Assembly: GCF_006345805.1 (NCBI RefSeq)
Contig: NC_043004.1
Location: forward strand, 100,440,001-100,504,000
Length of the DNA: 64,000 bases
Direction of reading: 5' to 3'
Source of the DNA: Octopus sinensis
Lineage: Eukaryota
In this document: one piece after another, positions 23,170 to 35,516 of the stretch
Numbering within the stretch: the first letter of the stretch is position 1
How the letters are laid out: each line of letters begins with the position of its first letter
Position numbers and translations under genes: made by a program
The notes under the pieces: generated by a model
The model's input: the letters and a program-made list of their open reading frames with translations, nothing else
What the model was told of the DNA's origin: nothing
Databases searched by the model: none

Positions 23170-26100
23170 TCATAGAATCATAGTCAAGGTGGCTTCGTCA
23201 TTCATACGTGCCATCCTTGCTACATTCACCCATCTTTTTTAAAACATTCACTAGACAAAACTTGCCTCTCTACTCTCACTTTCCTCTTCAAGTGATACTT
23301 GAAGAAGTTGATGAGAGATGACCAGAGAGGAAAGTGTTTGTCTCTAATCCTTTCAGGCGCGTCCACCAGATACATTCTTTCGCCATAGCCACAAGTATGA
23401 TAAAAATAGCTCTTCCTTCCCGTTTGAAGGAAGGAGGCGTGACGATATTAACGATAGACTCGGCTGATAAACCGACACGTCCCACACGTGACAGCAGTCG
23501 TTCGACATAAGCCACAGGTCGGAAATTGCTGGACACTGCACGATTGCGTGCAGAGCGGTTTCGTCGCTCTGACCGCATCTCGGGCAGGTCGGCCCCGTGT
23601 TCTCGAGCCATGCCTATAGAGCTTATCCCGAACGGGTAGCGCTTCTCGGTAGCACCGCCAGGCCAGGGATCTCTGGAAGGTCCATAGGTCCCGGGCCGAA
23701 AGTCGTTTGAAACAGGCGGGTCAGGTATTCCTCGTCGACGCCCAGGTGGCCCGAGCTCGTCGTCGTACCTCCCCTCCACTAATCCCCTATAGAATGTTGG
23801 TTGTGTTGAAGTCACTCAAGGTCGACCCGGACGGCAGAGTTGCTTGAGAGCAACGCGACACTCGCGGTGCCATCGCCCTTCCTCGGCCTCTTTTTGATCC
23901 ACGACTGTAGTTCGGTCATGGAGACGAGTTGTGGGAATGCGTGCCTCACAAACGGCGACCACACCTGTTCACCGTCGTCTACATAGAGCCGGAGATGTCG
24001 CAGTCTCAGCGCGTGTCTGCGCATCATCAACCACGGCATGCCCAGCCCTCCTTTTAACGGGTGTTGACAGCAAATGGATCGCCTGACCATCGGGACGCAT
24101 CCTTTCCACAAGAAGCGGAAGAGGATGCGTTCTAGTTTGGTGATGGTAGGGTCGGGACAAGGTACGACGGTCAGGCGGTAGTAGATGATGGACGCGATGT
24201 ACGCGTTCACCACCTCCGCCCGACCTTTTAGGGACAGTTTCCTCTCGGCCCATTGCTGGGCGAGAGTGACCACCCTACTCGTTATCTCGTTCCAGTTCTT
24301 CTCCATTTGGAGGTCCGGACCGAACCAGACCCCGAGCAACTCAACCGGGCCCTCTGTCCAGCGTCCCACGACGGAGGTACTGGTGGACGGCATGGGCTTG
24401 CTTCTCCAGGTGCCGAGCCGCAAGCCCACTGACTTTTCCCGGTTGATTTTTGCTCCTGTCACCGCTTCGTAGTCTTTCAGTGTCTCGCCTACCCGCTCGA
24501 TGTGCTCGTGGCTTCACACTATGACGGTGACGTCGTCCGCGTATGCAGACACGCTCGTCCCGCATCCTAATTCTCGCGGGATGCCCCTCAGAGTCGCCAG
24601 CTTCCGCAGTAGTGGCTCAAGAGTCAATACGTATAGAAGCGCCGAGAGGGGGCATCCCTGACGGACCGAACGTGCAATGTCGAAGGGTCTCGATAGATGT
24701 CCATTTACGCGAATTACCGAACGGATGCCTCTGTACAAGGCAGCTATCCAGCCGCGGAAGACGGGACCGAAACCAGCCGCTCTCAGGACGCCCCAAGTAT
24801 CGATGGTCTACCCTATCAAAGGCTTTCGATTGATCCAAGTTGATCAGGGCCCCACCCATGCCAGGTTCGTTAACTACCCTGTCTATGATGTAGCGCATCA
24901 GATGGAGGTTGTCATGGATGCTCCGGCCCGGCACAGCGCACGTTTGTGCGTTGTCGACCAGTTCTCCATGACAAGCGCCAACTTCTTGGCTAACACCTTT
25001 GTCAAAATGTTCAGGTCTGCATTGAGCAGAGTGATTGGCCTAAAGTTATCTATAATGATTCCCTTGTTTGGATCTTTCTTCAGCAGCGTTACAGCTCCTC
25101 GACTCACAAAACCGGGTATGCTCCCGTTTTGCTGCCAGTTGCAGTATACCGCTGCCAAGACGTCTCCAAACAAGTCTGGCATACAATAGTAAAATTCGTA
25201 GGGTAGACCATCCATCCTGGTGATTTGTCCCTCGAGCATTCTGCCATCGCTTCCCGCACTTCCGCCGCCGTGATGGCACCTTCGCAGCACCCTGCCTTTC
25301 TTGTCGAGAGTCGTGGCAGGCTATGTAGGTAGGCACTGAAGTCTACCCTACGTTCTTGCCCTCCACTCGTCCCGAACAGTCGGGCAAAATGCTGCTGAAA
25401 GGCCTCACACATTTTACTTGGCTCGAGCAATTCGCGCCCCTGTTCATCTACCAGTGACCGAATGGTGGCTTTGTTGCCCTGTTGCGCCTCTGCCACCGGG
25501 CCTCTCTCGCGGCTCCAACACCTTCGTTCTTCCTTAGAGCACGCATCCTAGCTCTGACAGCACATCCTTCGTGTTTGGCGTTGAAGTGTTGGTCGAGGGC
25601 CAACCTCGCCGCCAAAACGTCGGATGCGATGCCGCTTCTAATTGCCTCTTCTAGCTTTTAACTAGCTCACCCCACTCTATTTCTATCTATGGCTAGTGCT
25701 TTGCTGTACCTAATCGCTTCTGCTTTTACTGCTCTCTTGAGGGCAAACCACCATTTGTTGTTGATGATGGCTCCCGTCAAAGCCCTCTTTACTAGTGTGC
25801 TAATCCGGTCTCTGAAAACTTGTCTGGACGGGAATGATGCGTTCAGTTTCCAGTACCCAGGACCCTGTCTATGTGCCTTATCTAAGTCTAGCGTACACGT
25901 CACCAATTTGTGATCCGTGTAGCTGACTGTGTGGAATTGTGGACATCCTAAGTTATCCTTGTCTACTGTCCTACACAGTATCCTATCTAGATACGATCTC
26001 GACGACCCACTGCGGTTGCTCCATGTCCACGTTGGTGCATTTGGGTGGTCGAGTCGGTACCTGTCAGACAGTTGGAATCGTCTGAGCAGGTCTCTGAGGT

Positions 26101-26587
26101 ATTTGCATCCCCTGTGTTCTGTCTCTACCCACGTAGTCTACATGCGTGTCCAGGTAGCATTCCAATCCCCCACTAAGAGTAAAGGACGAGACGTTCCCAA
26201 GAATACTTCTAGACGTCGGAAAGAAATCCGCCCGACCTGTTAAGGGCGGTGCGTAGACTGATACGAGTCGAAAAGCGCACCCATTGCTGCCGTCAACATC
26301 CAGAACGATCAGTCTACCCTCCGGGTCTACGAATATCGTCTTGACTTCGAGATCCAGGCTCTGTGAAAAAGTACCGCGGTGCCACTACCGCCCATCCTCG
26401 GCAGACAGGGAGCGAAATAAATGTTAAACTGTCCGCCAAACATGGACTTTAGGGCCCGTGGCTCGTGGAGTCTGGTCTCACTTATGGCTATGATTCCCAA
26501 ATCATGTGACTTGATGTCATTTAGGAGGTATCCTTGTTTCCAAGGAGACCCCAAGCCACGCGCATTCACACAACCAATCTTGACCAT
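23170..26587 (-). pseudogene. Tx1 ORF2: APE plus RT, multiply frameshifted
   Basis: MVKIGCVNARGL, AISETRL, NFRPITLLNAD, DQSKAFDRVDH, VRQGCPLS, AYADDV, VELLGVWF. Confidence 0.95.
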
Positions 26588-26735
26588 GATTCTATTGGGG
26601 TGTGTGCTTTAAAACACACAAATGAAAGTACAGAGAGTTACTTACTTGTGTCGAAAGTTTTGGCTTCCTCTTTCTTTGATGTGTCTTCGAGGAGGTTTCT
26701 ATATAGTTTTTGGGACAGATATTTCTGGAAACCCC

Positions 26736-28370
26736 CTACAGCATTTGGGAAGAGGGCTTTGAGTTTGTGGTGTTGTGTTTGTGTGATGTGTAGTATTTTG
26801 ATGTGGTTGGGTGGTGTAGTGCGTGGATGATTGCTATTTTAAAGTCATCTTCACAAATGTTTGTGTATCCTGTGATGTACTCCATTAGTTTGGAGTCTTT
26901 TGTGTCTATCGCTGATAGCATTGTTTTTGTGGTGTTGGTGCTTGTTTTGTTGTGTATGGAGTTTTCAGGGTTCAGGTATCTCCCTGCTTTGGTTGCGATT
27001 TCTTGTTTGGTTTTTCTTGATCTTTTTCTTTTACCCCCTGTGGCTATTTGCCATTCTGTCGAACTTTCATCGTTAGATGAAAAGTCTGACGAATCAGCAG
27101 GGGGCAAGGGTAAAGCGTCTCTGGGTGTGTTTGTGCGGGTTGTAGATATTGTTGTGGTGCGCGGGGAGGGTGTTGCTGGGGGGTTTGTTGTGGTTATTGT
27201 CTCTCCTACATCCTTGGTGCTTGTCTTCTTCGTTGTTATTCTTGGTGTTGGAATTGGTTTATTTGTTGTTGGTGGTGATGATTCTGTTCTTGGCGCTGTG
27301 GTGTTGGTGTTGTTTGGTTGGGTTGGCTTGTTCTTTGTTGTTTTTCCTGCATTTCCGCATACAGCTTCTTGACTAGCTGTCCATATTGTGGTGTGGGCAA
27401 TAATCCTGGCTTTTGTGATTTTTCCTGTGGCTGTTGTTGTTGTTGTAATTTTGCGGCAGATTTGCACTCCTTTTTGAGGTGTGCCTCACTGCCACATGTA
27501 TAGCATCGTGGGCTTCTGCCCTCGACTACTACGTATAACTTGCGGCCATCCTCAAGATGTACGTGGGTGGGGATTTTATTTATGTCCTCTTGACTTATGT
27601 GGAAGAGGAACTCTATTCTCTTTCCCAGCCAGTCCTTGTTTTCCGAAACACCGATGTCTAGGATGTTTAAGTCCTCCATTTCGGATGTTAAGCCGGATGC
27701 TATCTACAGTGTTGTAGTCACTTGGGGGACACCACTGATAATGACTTTCGTCACCTTCTGGCCGAGGTAACTCGGTGTCAACGTTAGTTCATCAGAATGA
27801 AGGGTTATCGTTGAGAATTTCTTCGCCAACTCTTCATTCTGAAAAACCACCTGTACGTGTGCGAACTTGTTCGCCCAAGTCACACAATCCTTGTATCCCC
27901 AGATGGGGCGTAAGCACTTTTCGACTTTGTCTGTGCTTGCCTTTTCTGGACTTTTAGTTTTTTTTTTGTGATTTTATATACAATTGTCTTTTTTTCTCCT
28001 CATTCAGTATGTGCTGAGGTATGTGTAAGAGTATTTTCCGTTTTGATTTGTAATAAGGTTCTGCAATCTTTAATCTGTTGTGTAGTAAACGAAACTTTTG
28101 TTACCTTTTCTTTTATCGCCTCGGCGAAGTTTGTTGTTGCTTTGTTATTGTTGTTACTGCCGGTGGTGTTTTTGTTGATGGCAGGGGTGTGGGTTGTAGG
28201 TTTGTGGTTGCTGATTATGCAACTAGCAAGGGGTGGGAAATTGCCTGCGTAATTTAGTCCTGCATTAGCGCAAATTTCGGCATTTCGTTTGCTTGTCGTC
28301 GTTATTTTTCCACTTGTTGGTGATGGAGTGAGCAGTGGTTGAAGGGAATTGTTGTTGTCGTCGTCGTTGT

Positions 28371-28404
<34 letters not shown>

Positions 28405-28749
28405 GTTATTGTCGTTCTTGGTGACGGCGGTGGTGTTAGTAGTATTAGTAGCATTGACGGCACGGTCTTTGGTGGCGGTGATGGTGGTGTTGGTATTGTT
28501 ATTGGTGGCGTTGTCTTTAGTAGGGATAGTAGATTCAGTAGCAGATTCTGCCATGGTGTTGTTGTCGGTGTTGGTGGTGGACTCACTGATGGTGTTGACG
28601 GTGCTTGGCCTTGCGACCTTTGTTTTGTATTTGTTGCTGTTGGTGGTGGTGGAGTTGTCAGGTTCGGCGTATGCTAACAGAGCATCCTGTTTTTCTGTTT
28701 CTGCGTCACGCTTCACTTGCAACTCAGCCTCGTAGTGGCCAGTGGCCAT
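26736..28749 (-). pseudogene. Tx1 ORF1 with low-complexity T/N-rich N-terminus and CX2CX4HX4C knuckle
   Basis: MATGHYEAELQ start, VVVEGRSPRCYTCGSEAHLKKEC, KRKR basic motif; stops and frameshifts. Confidence 0.8.
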
Positions 28750-28971
28750 TTTGGAAATAAAATGGCTAAATGAAACCACGAAGGCTATGAGAATGTTTTC
28801 TTTTAAATTTTGCCCGCAAGGGGCAAAATTTTGTGTCGATATTTATCAAAGGTTTACAGTGGATGTTGTTGCACAACTTTTAAGCATAAAATATTTGTCA
28901 ATATACACTTTTGAAACGTACAAAAATACCAACTTACGTGGAGCCCATTTGACTTGCGTCTGTCTGTCAGA

Positions 28972-29330
<359 letters not shown>

Positions 29331-29541
29331 CTATGGATGTCCTCAACAAGTCAACAGGCAGAAGAAAAGAGCACTATAGCACTATATACAATCCTCAAGG
29401 ACTAAGAGGACATACGTCACGTGTGTACACTTATGCATCATACATCTCTCTATCACGATTCAGTGAACAGCTGATTGGTCTCCATTATATCTGTTTGTGT
29501 GTTTGTATATATATATATAAATATATATATAGGTATATATA

Positions 29542-29588
<47 letters not shown>

Positions 29589-30109
29589 TTATATACATAG
29601 ATATATTCATCTATAGATATATTTGGTATATATATATATCTATATATATAATTTTATATGGTATGATACATGATGCATGTATGTATGTATGTATGTATGT
29701 ATGTAAGCATGTATGTATGAATGTATGCATACTTTATGGATTTACAATTTCAACACATTTTAACCGTGTATACATTGTATTTTACGCCTTGGTTTTTGTG
29801 CCACCCAACTTACGTATCAAACATAATTTCGCTTCTAGATACAAAAATTCTAAACAGACACACATACACAAACGCACGCACACAGACCACATAGATAGAA
29901 ACATATCCACATATATTCAGAGTTACAGAGTGATTGAAGGACCGAGCATTTCGTGCTTTAAAACTTGTCAATGTAATAAGTTCCAGTGCACTTAACTCGT
30001 CTTTAAAGCACTCACTAATTTCTGATAAATAATGACAATATTGAGAATTTATATACCACGTTGGTGCCAAACTAACAGTGGAGTTTGAAGCGGTCCGATG
30101 ACTCTACAT

Positions 30110-30660
30110 TAAAAAACTTTGTAACGGTGTAGCATGTGAGCTACAGGAATGGGCTGAAAAAAACAACCACTTTACTCCCTGAAGTGGAGACGCAACAGGT
30201 ATAGAATAATCTATGTATAGATAATTTTGGAGGGGCAAATACCTAATTTCAGCATCCAGTGGTGGAACTGTACCAATGATACCGTCCATTCCATCTAAAT
30301 TCAGGACCACTCATTGCAATAGCTTAGGGTTCAAGAAGCCACAGCGTTTCGATGCTCTGCTACAGAAATTAAGAAACCTACGTGGTTTCTACGTGGATGT
30401 GGATGTCTTCAAAAAGGAGCAAGACATTCTCCTTTCCACAATACAGGATGAACCAACAGCCCAGAATGAGTTACAGGAGAGGCTGGCGGTGTCAAATTCT
30501 TCAAACACCAAATGGGCCAACGACCGAGCAAAAGTACATACTCGAGTGGTGATATGAAATCTCACCACCCTGAAGAAATCAGAGAAAGAAGGATCATACG
30601 CAAAAGTGTGACATCACGATGGTGCTTCACCATGACCGTATCCACATGGTTGAAAAGAAT
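30110..30660 (+). mobile_element. CR1-clade LINE 3' fragment
   Basis: RYRIIYV.IILEG..CNSLGFKKPQRFDAL..DVDVFKK..DEPT..SNS, resembling the C-terminus of the ORF2 at 13000-13445. Confidence 0.7.
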
Positions 30661-30827
30661 AAAAGAATATATATATTTATTTATGTACTCATCATCTTTG
30701 CTGTATTTTCCTGATTTTATCACCAAATCTATGTATTATTTACATGAATACCTACATACATATGCACATACATGTACACGCAGTTACGCCCAGCAACGCC
30801 CACACACATATAGACAGACAGACAGGC

Positions 30828-31075
<248 letters not shown>

Positions 31076-31199
31076 AAAGATCTGATTGATTTCGATTTAC
31101 GGAAATCATTCCTAGTCAAATATTTTTTGACACCACCACCAAATGATGGTTGAGCAATATCACAGTAACAGACCTATGTTATTGATAAGTATCACTTAC

Positions 31200-31328
31200 C
31201 TGAACCATTTTTTTCCAAAAGATTTAGTGAAAGATACTTCCATTTCCTCGTAACTCTTAACCAATGAATACAGTATATACATACAGCAGAGATGATACTT
31301 TGGATCATCACCAGTTTGGTGGCTTTAC
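31200..31328 (-). other. Candidate exon (KATKLVMIQSIISAVCIYCIHWLRVTRKWKYLSLNLLEKNGS)
   Basis: TTTAAAAG acceptor, CAG|GTAAGT donor, 129 nt open in phase 1-1. Confidence 0.4.
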
Positions 31329-32156
31329 CTTTTAAATATAATAGCCAATGCTCCTCATATCTCTTTAACAAAAGCCAGGATATATAAGATTACGTAACGG
31401 AAAATACTATATCATAGATTAATTGCAGCATAAAAGTTTCTGATCATAGAAAGAACTGCAGGATTAGGTTTGATCTAGGGTCGAAAGACAGACAGGAGCA
31501 GTAAATTCAGTAACATAGCAACATTAACACATTAATGTATATATAATGCCACCATTATACTAGAATAGAGACCGTGATACCACACTACCTCTCTGCCTGC
31601 TTTATTTAATACATTCTCACTGAAGTATTAGATATCCCGAATACACCATAACCTAATTATTAGCTAACGCTTAATTCATTTAAGCTTGTAACTACTAAAT
31701 TTCTCACGAACTAACACTTATAACAAACTAATAACGAACTAAAATCTTGAACTAGATCCAACTAGATATATGATCGTTATGACCACTTAAATAATAAAAT
31801 TAAATTAAAGCCAAGAGATTCAATACAAACCCGATCTACTCCTAGAATCATACCAAACAATAGGAAAAATTCTTCTAACCCTTCTATACTTAGGATTACA
31901 ATCGGGAATAATATTGCAATGACGAAGAACATGATATTACACAAAATGGCCACCAAAGGAAAGGGAACATACATAAAAGAGAAACGTACAAATATCTACA
32001 TTATCACTATATAATCATCGACAAGACAGTTATATATAACGTACCATAGTGATGGCATAACAATGTGTAATATATCAACTGCACTGCTATATATAGAATA
32101 CCATCAATAACATATTATCAAATACAGTTTCATATTACATATCATCACGATCAAGA

Positions 32157-32540
32157 GGAGGCGCAATGGCCCAGTGGTTAGGGCAGCGGACTCGCGGTGG
32201 TAGGATCGCGGTTTCGATTCCCAGACCGGGCGTTGTGAGTGTTTATTGAGCGAAAACACCTAAAGCTCCACGAGGCTCCGGCAGGGCATGGTGGTGATCC
32301 CTGCTGTACTCTTTCACCACAACTTTCACTCACTCTTAATTCCTGTTTCTGTTGTACCTGCATTTCAAAGGGCCGGCCTTGTCACTCTCTGTGTCACGCT
32401 GAATATCCCCGAGAACTACGTTAAGGGTACACGTGTCTGTGGAGTGCTCAGCCACTTACACGTTAATTTCACGAGCAGGCTGTTCCGTTGATCGGATCAA
32501 CTGGAACCCTCGTCGTCGTAGCCGACGGAGTGCTTCCATT
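32157..32540 (+). mobile_element. SINE family C
   Basis: Near-identical to 16553-16934; ATCACGATCA at 32144-32153 and 32543-32552 may be a target duplication. Confidence 0.92.
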
Positions 32541-32614
32541 CAATCACGATCACACTGCTATATCTGGTATTCACTCAACTACATTTTTACATATAATGTT
32601 GTCTCAAACCTTGG

Positions 32615-32990
32615 TTCAAGGTTAGCAATTCGAGGAGGAAATAAGAAGTCAATTTCATTAACCACGATGTCCAGCGAGTTTTTCTTTTATCCACCTCGGA
32701 GGGATGAAAGGCACAGTCAACAACGGCAGCATTTCAACTCACAATATAAAAAGCCGGAAGAAATGCCATTAATATTTTGTCCGACATCAAAGTGGTGAGC
32801 TGGCAGAAGTGTTAACGCGCCAGGCAAAATACTTACCGGCATCTCGTCTGAGATTTTGTTCTGAGTTCAAATTGCGCCGAGGGCGCCTTTGTCTTTCATC
32901 CTTTCGGGGTCGACGAAAGTAAGTACCAGTTGAAAACTGACGTCGATGTAACCGGCTTACCGCTCTACCGCAATTGCTGGTTAATATTTC
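32615..32990. mobile_element. Two degenerate family A SINEs, head-to-head (minus 32615-32785, plus 32790-32990)
   Basis: Similarity to family A consensus on both strands. Confidence 0.7.
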
Positions 32991-33140
32991 AAACCAATAT
33001 TCTGTCCAGCACAATAATTTCACCAGCTAAGCACCTAAATATTTTGTGTAAAATACCGTCACAATAACAATGTAATATGAATGTAATAACTCATCACGAT
33101 CACAAGGCATTGACTATATATATATATATATATATATATA

Positions 33141-33366
33141 AGGCGAGCTGGCAGAAACGTTAGTGCGCCGGGCAAAATGCTTAGCGGTATTTCGTCTGAT
33201 GTCACGTTCTGAGTTTAAATTCCGCCGAGGTAGACTTTGCCTTTCATCCTTTCGGGGTCGACAAATAAAGTACCAGTTTCGCACTGGGGTCGATGTAATC
33301 GACTCAATCCATTTGTCTGTCCTTGTTTGTCCCCTCTATATTTAGCCCCTTGTGGGTAGTAAAGAA

Positions 33367-33368
<2 letters not shown>
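33141..33368 (+). mobile_element. SINE family A
   Basis: GGCGAGCTGGCAGAAACGTTAG head; flanked by (TA)n. Confidence 0.9.
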
Positions 33369-33401
<33 letters not shown>

Positions 33402-33673
33402 ATATATATAGCAATTAAGGACAATTACTTAATAAGGAAAACTTAACAAGAAATTGTCAGGTAGATTGCGTGAAAACCTCATAAGAGAATAAATTTGTAA
33501 AATAATTATTTCTTATGAACATATTAATTTATATATAGAGGGCATTATACATACATGCCAGAGAGCATTATACATACATGCCACACGCTAAGAGGGACAA
33601 TTAGTCATTTCTACCAAAAATATTACTAATCCCACCGAATGCAATTTTTCAAAGTAAGACATTTAAAAAATAT

Positions 33674-33721
33674 AGACCTGTATCACAGTGATTTCATACT
33701 TACGTATTCATCAGCAGGCCT
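33674..33721 (-). ncRNA. Type I hammerhead ribozyme
   Basis: Reverse complement of 34523-34570. Confidence 0.85.
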
Positions 33722-34522
33722 GAATGTATCATAAATAAACGACCCTGCCCTGCTTAAGCCGATCAGCTAACTGATCAACATCAACGAAGCACATGGGTGA
33801 GTTTACATATATTACATCCTGTAAATGGCGAACTTTTACGAATTGCATTTCGGGAAAGGAAAGGTTTTTCGGAATAAAAATTTAGCAATTAAGGACAATT
33901 ACTTAATAAGGAAAACTTAACAAGAAATTGTCAGGTAGATAGCGTGAAAACCTCATAAGAGAATAAATTTCGAAAATAATTATTTCTTATTGAACATATT
34001 AATTTATATATAGAGGGCATTATACATACATGCCAGAGAGCATTATACATACATGCCACACGCTAAGAGGGACAATTAGTCATTTCTACCAGAAATATTA
34101 CTAATCCCACCGAATGCAATTTTTCAAAGTAAGACATTTAAAAAATATTTTTGGTAGAAATGACTAATTGTCCCTCTTAGCGTGTGGCATGTATGTATAA
34201 TGCTCTCTGGCATGTATGTATAATGCCCTCTATATATAAATTAATATGTTCAATAAGAAATAATTATTTTCGAAATTTATTCTCTTATGAGGTTTTCACG
34301 CTATCTACCTGACAATTTCTTGTTAAGTTTTCCTTATTAAGTAATTGTCCTTAATTGCTAAATTTTTATTCCGAAAAAACTTTTCCTTTCCCGAAATGCA
34401 ATTCGTAAAAGTTCGCCATTTACAGGATGTAATATATGTAAACTCACCCATGTGCTTCGTTGATGTTGATCAGTTAGCTGATCGGCTTAAGCAGGGCAGT
34501 GTCGTTTATTTATGATACATTC

Positions 34523-34570
34523 AGGCCTGCTGATGAATACGTAAGTATGAAATCACTGTGATACAGGTCT
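34523..34570 (+). ncRNA. Type I hammerhead ribozyme
   Basis: AGGCCTG-CTGATGA-ATAC(GTAA)GTAT-GAA-ATCACTGTGAT-A-CAGGTCT: all core nucleotides present, 7-bp stem I with one G-U. Confidence 0.88.
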
Positions 34571-34765
34571 ATATTTTTTAAATGTCTTACTTTGAAAAAT
34601 TGCATTCGGTGGGATTAGTAATATTTTTGGTAGAAATAACTAATTGTCCCTCTTAGCGTGTGGCATGTATGTATAATGCTCTCTGGCATGTATGTATAAT
34701 GCCCTCTATATATAAATTAATATATATATACATATACGAGAAAGAAGCAACAAGAATGGATTAGT

Positions 34766-34856
34766 TTTTAGTACAATTGTTTCATACAAAGACAGGCTTT
34801 ATTAAAAGTTGCAAAAATTGCAGCAGATAAAAGTGTCCCGTACTCATCAGCTAAAA
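34766..34856 (-). ncRNA. Type I hammerhead ribozyme with extended stem II
   Basis: Reverse complement of 35193-35283. Confidence 0.8.
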
Positions 34857-35192
34857 TACATATGAGTTCTCCAAACATCTTAGTGGGTGAGGCTATACTC
34901 ATGAAGTATTGGAGATAATTTCATTAAAAGCAGATTTAGGTTGTAAACAGATTTCCGAAGTTTCTTAATGATGATGCACAGTCTTATCACAGGTTTTTAA
35001 AAAAAGCTTATTAGCTTCACAGAGAAGGTGAATTAATCCGTAGTGTAGATGTACATTTCCAAAGATATGACGAGGAATTTCATACTCACAGACGATGAAT
35101 TTATCCATGGTTAATCCGCTTTTAATGAAATTATCTCCAATACTTCATGAGTATAGCCTCACCCACTAAGATGTTTGGAGAACTCATATGTA

Positions 35193-35283
35193 TTTTAGCT
35201 GATGAGTACGGGACACTTTTATCTGCTGCAATTTTTGCAACTTTTAATAAAGCCTGTCTTTGTATGAAACAATTGTACTAAAA
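35193..35283 (+). ncRNA. Type I hammerhead ribozyme with extended stem II
   Basis: TTTTAG-CTGATGA-GTAC..GTAT-GAA-ACAATTGT-A-CTAAAA; stem III is a perfect palindrome. Confidence 0.82.
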
Positions 35284-35443
35284 ACTAATCCATTCTTGTT
35301 GCTTCTTTCTCGTTTATAATCACCCCACATTACTGTATGGTTAACACCATATAGTTTTCTGGTGCATCTAAGTTAAGTACCATATTCAAGTAAATTCATT
35401 AGAATTGACTTGAATCTTAATTGCTTTTATTGAATATATATAT

Positions 35444-35511
<68 letters not shown>

Positions 35512-35516
<5 letters not shown>

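Larger units (their letters stand above)
22797..28960 (-). mobile_element. Near full-length Tx1/L1-clade LINE
   Basis: 5' UTR, ORF1 with CCHC knuckle, ORF2 APE-RT-Cys domain, 3' UTR ending AATAAAGAAA next to (TA)n; 5' end abuts (GATA)n. Confidence 0.92.
33411..34721. mobile_element. HHR retroelement locus: 474-bp unit x1.55 plus inverted fold-back copy of about 577 bp, flanked by (TA)n
   Basis: GCAATTAAGGAC repeats at 33411 and 33885; 34145-34721 is the reverse complement of 33521-34098. Confidence 0.9.
34736..35313. mobile_element. HHR-bearing inverted repeat (about 200-bp arms, about 180-bp spacer)
   Basis: 34736-34935 is the reverse complement of about 35115-35313. Confidence 0.88.

Noticed and set aside
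24185-28735. Plus-strand ORFs such as 26803-27372 and 28339-28735
   Set aside because: Antisense shadows of the Tx1 ORFs and their low-complexity tracts.
32157-32230. tRNA-like sequences here and at other SINE heads
   Set aside because: A and B boxes are present, but the heads are fused to SINE bodies without a complete acceptor stem; not tRNA genes.
33411-34147. Tandem 474-bp and 484-bp units as CRISPR or satellite arrays
   Set aside because: No short repeat-spacer pattern, fewer than two copies each, and the hammerhead content explains them better.
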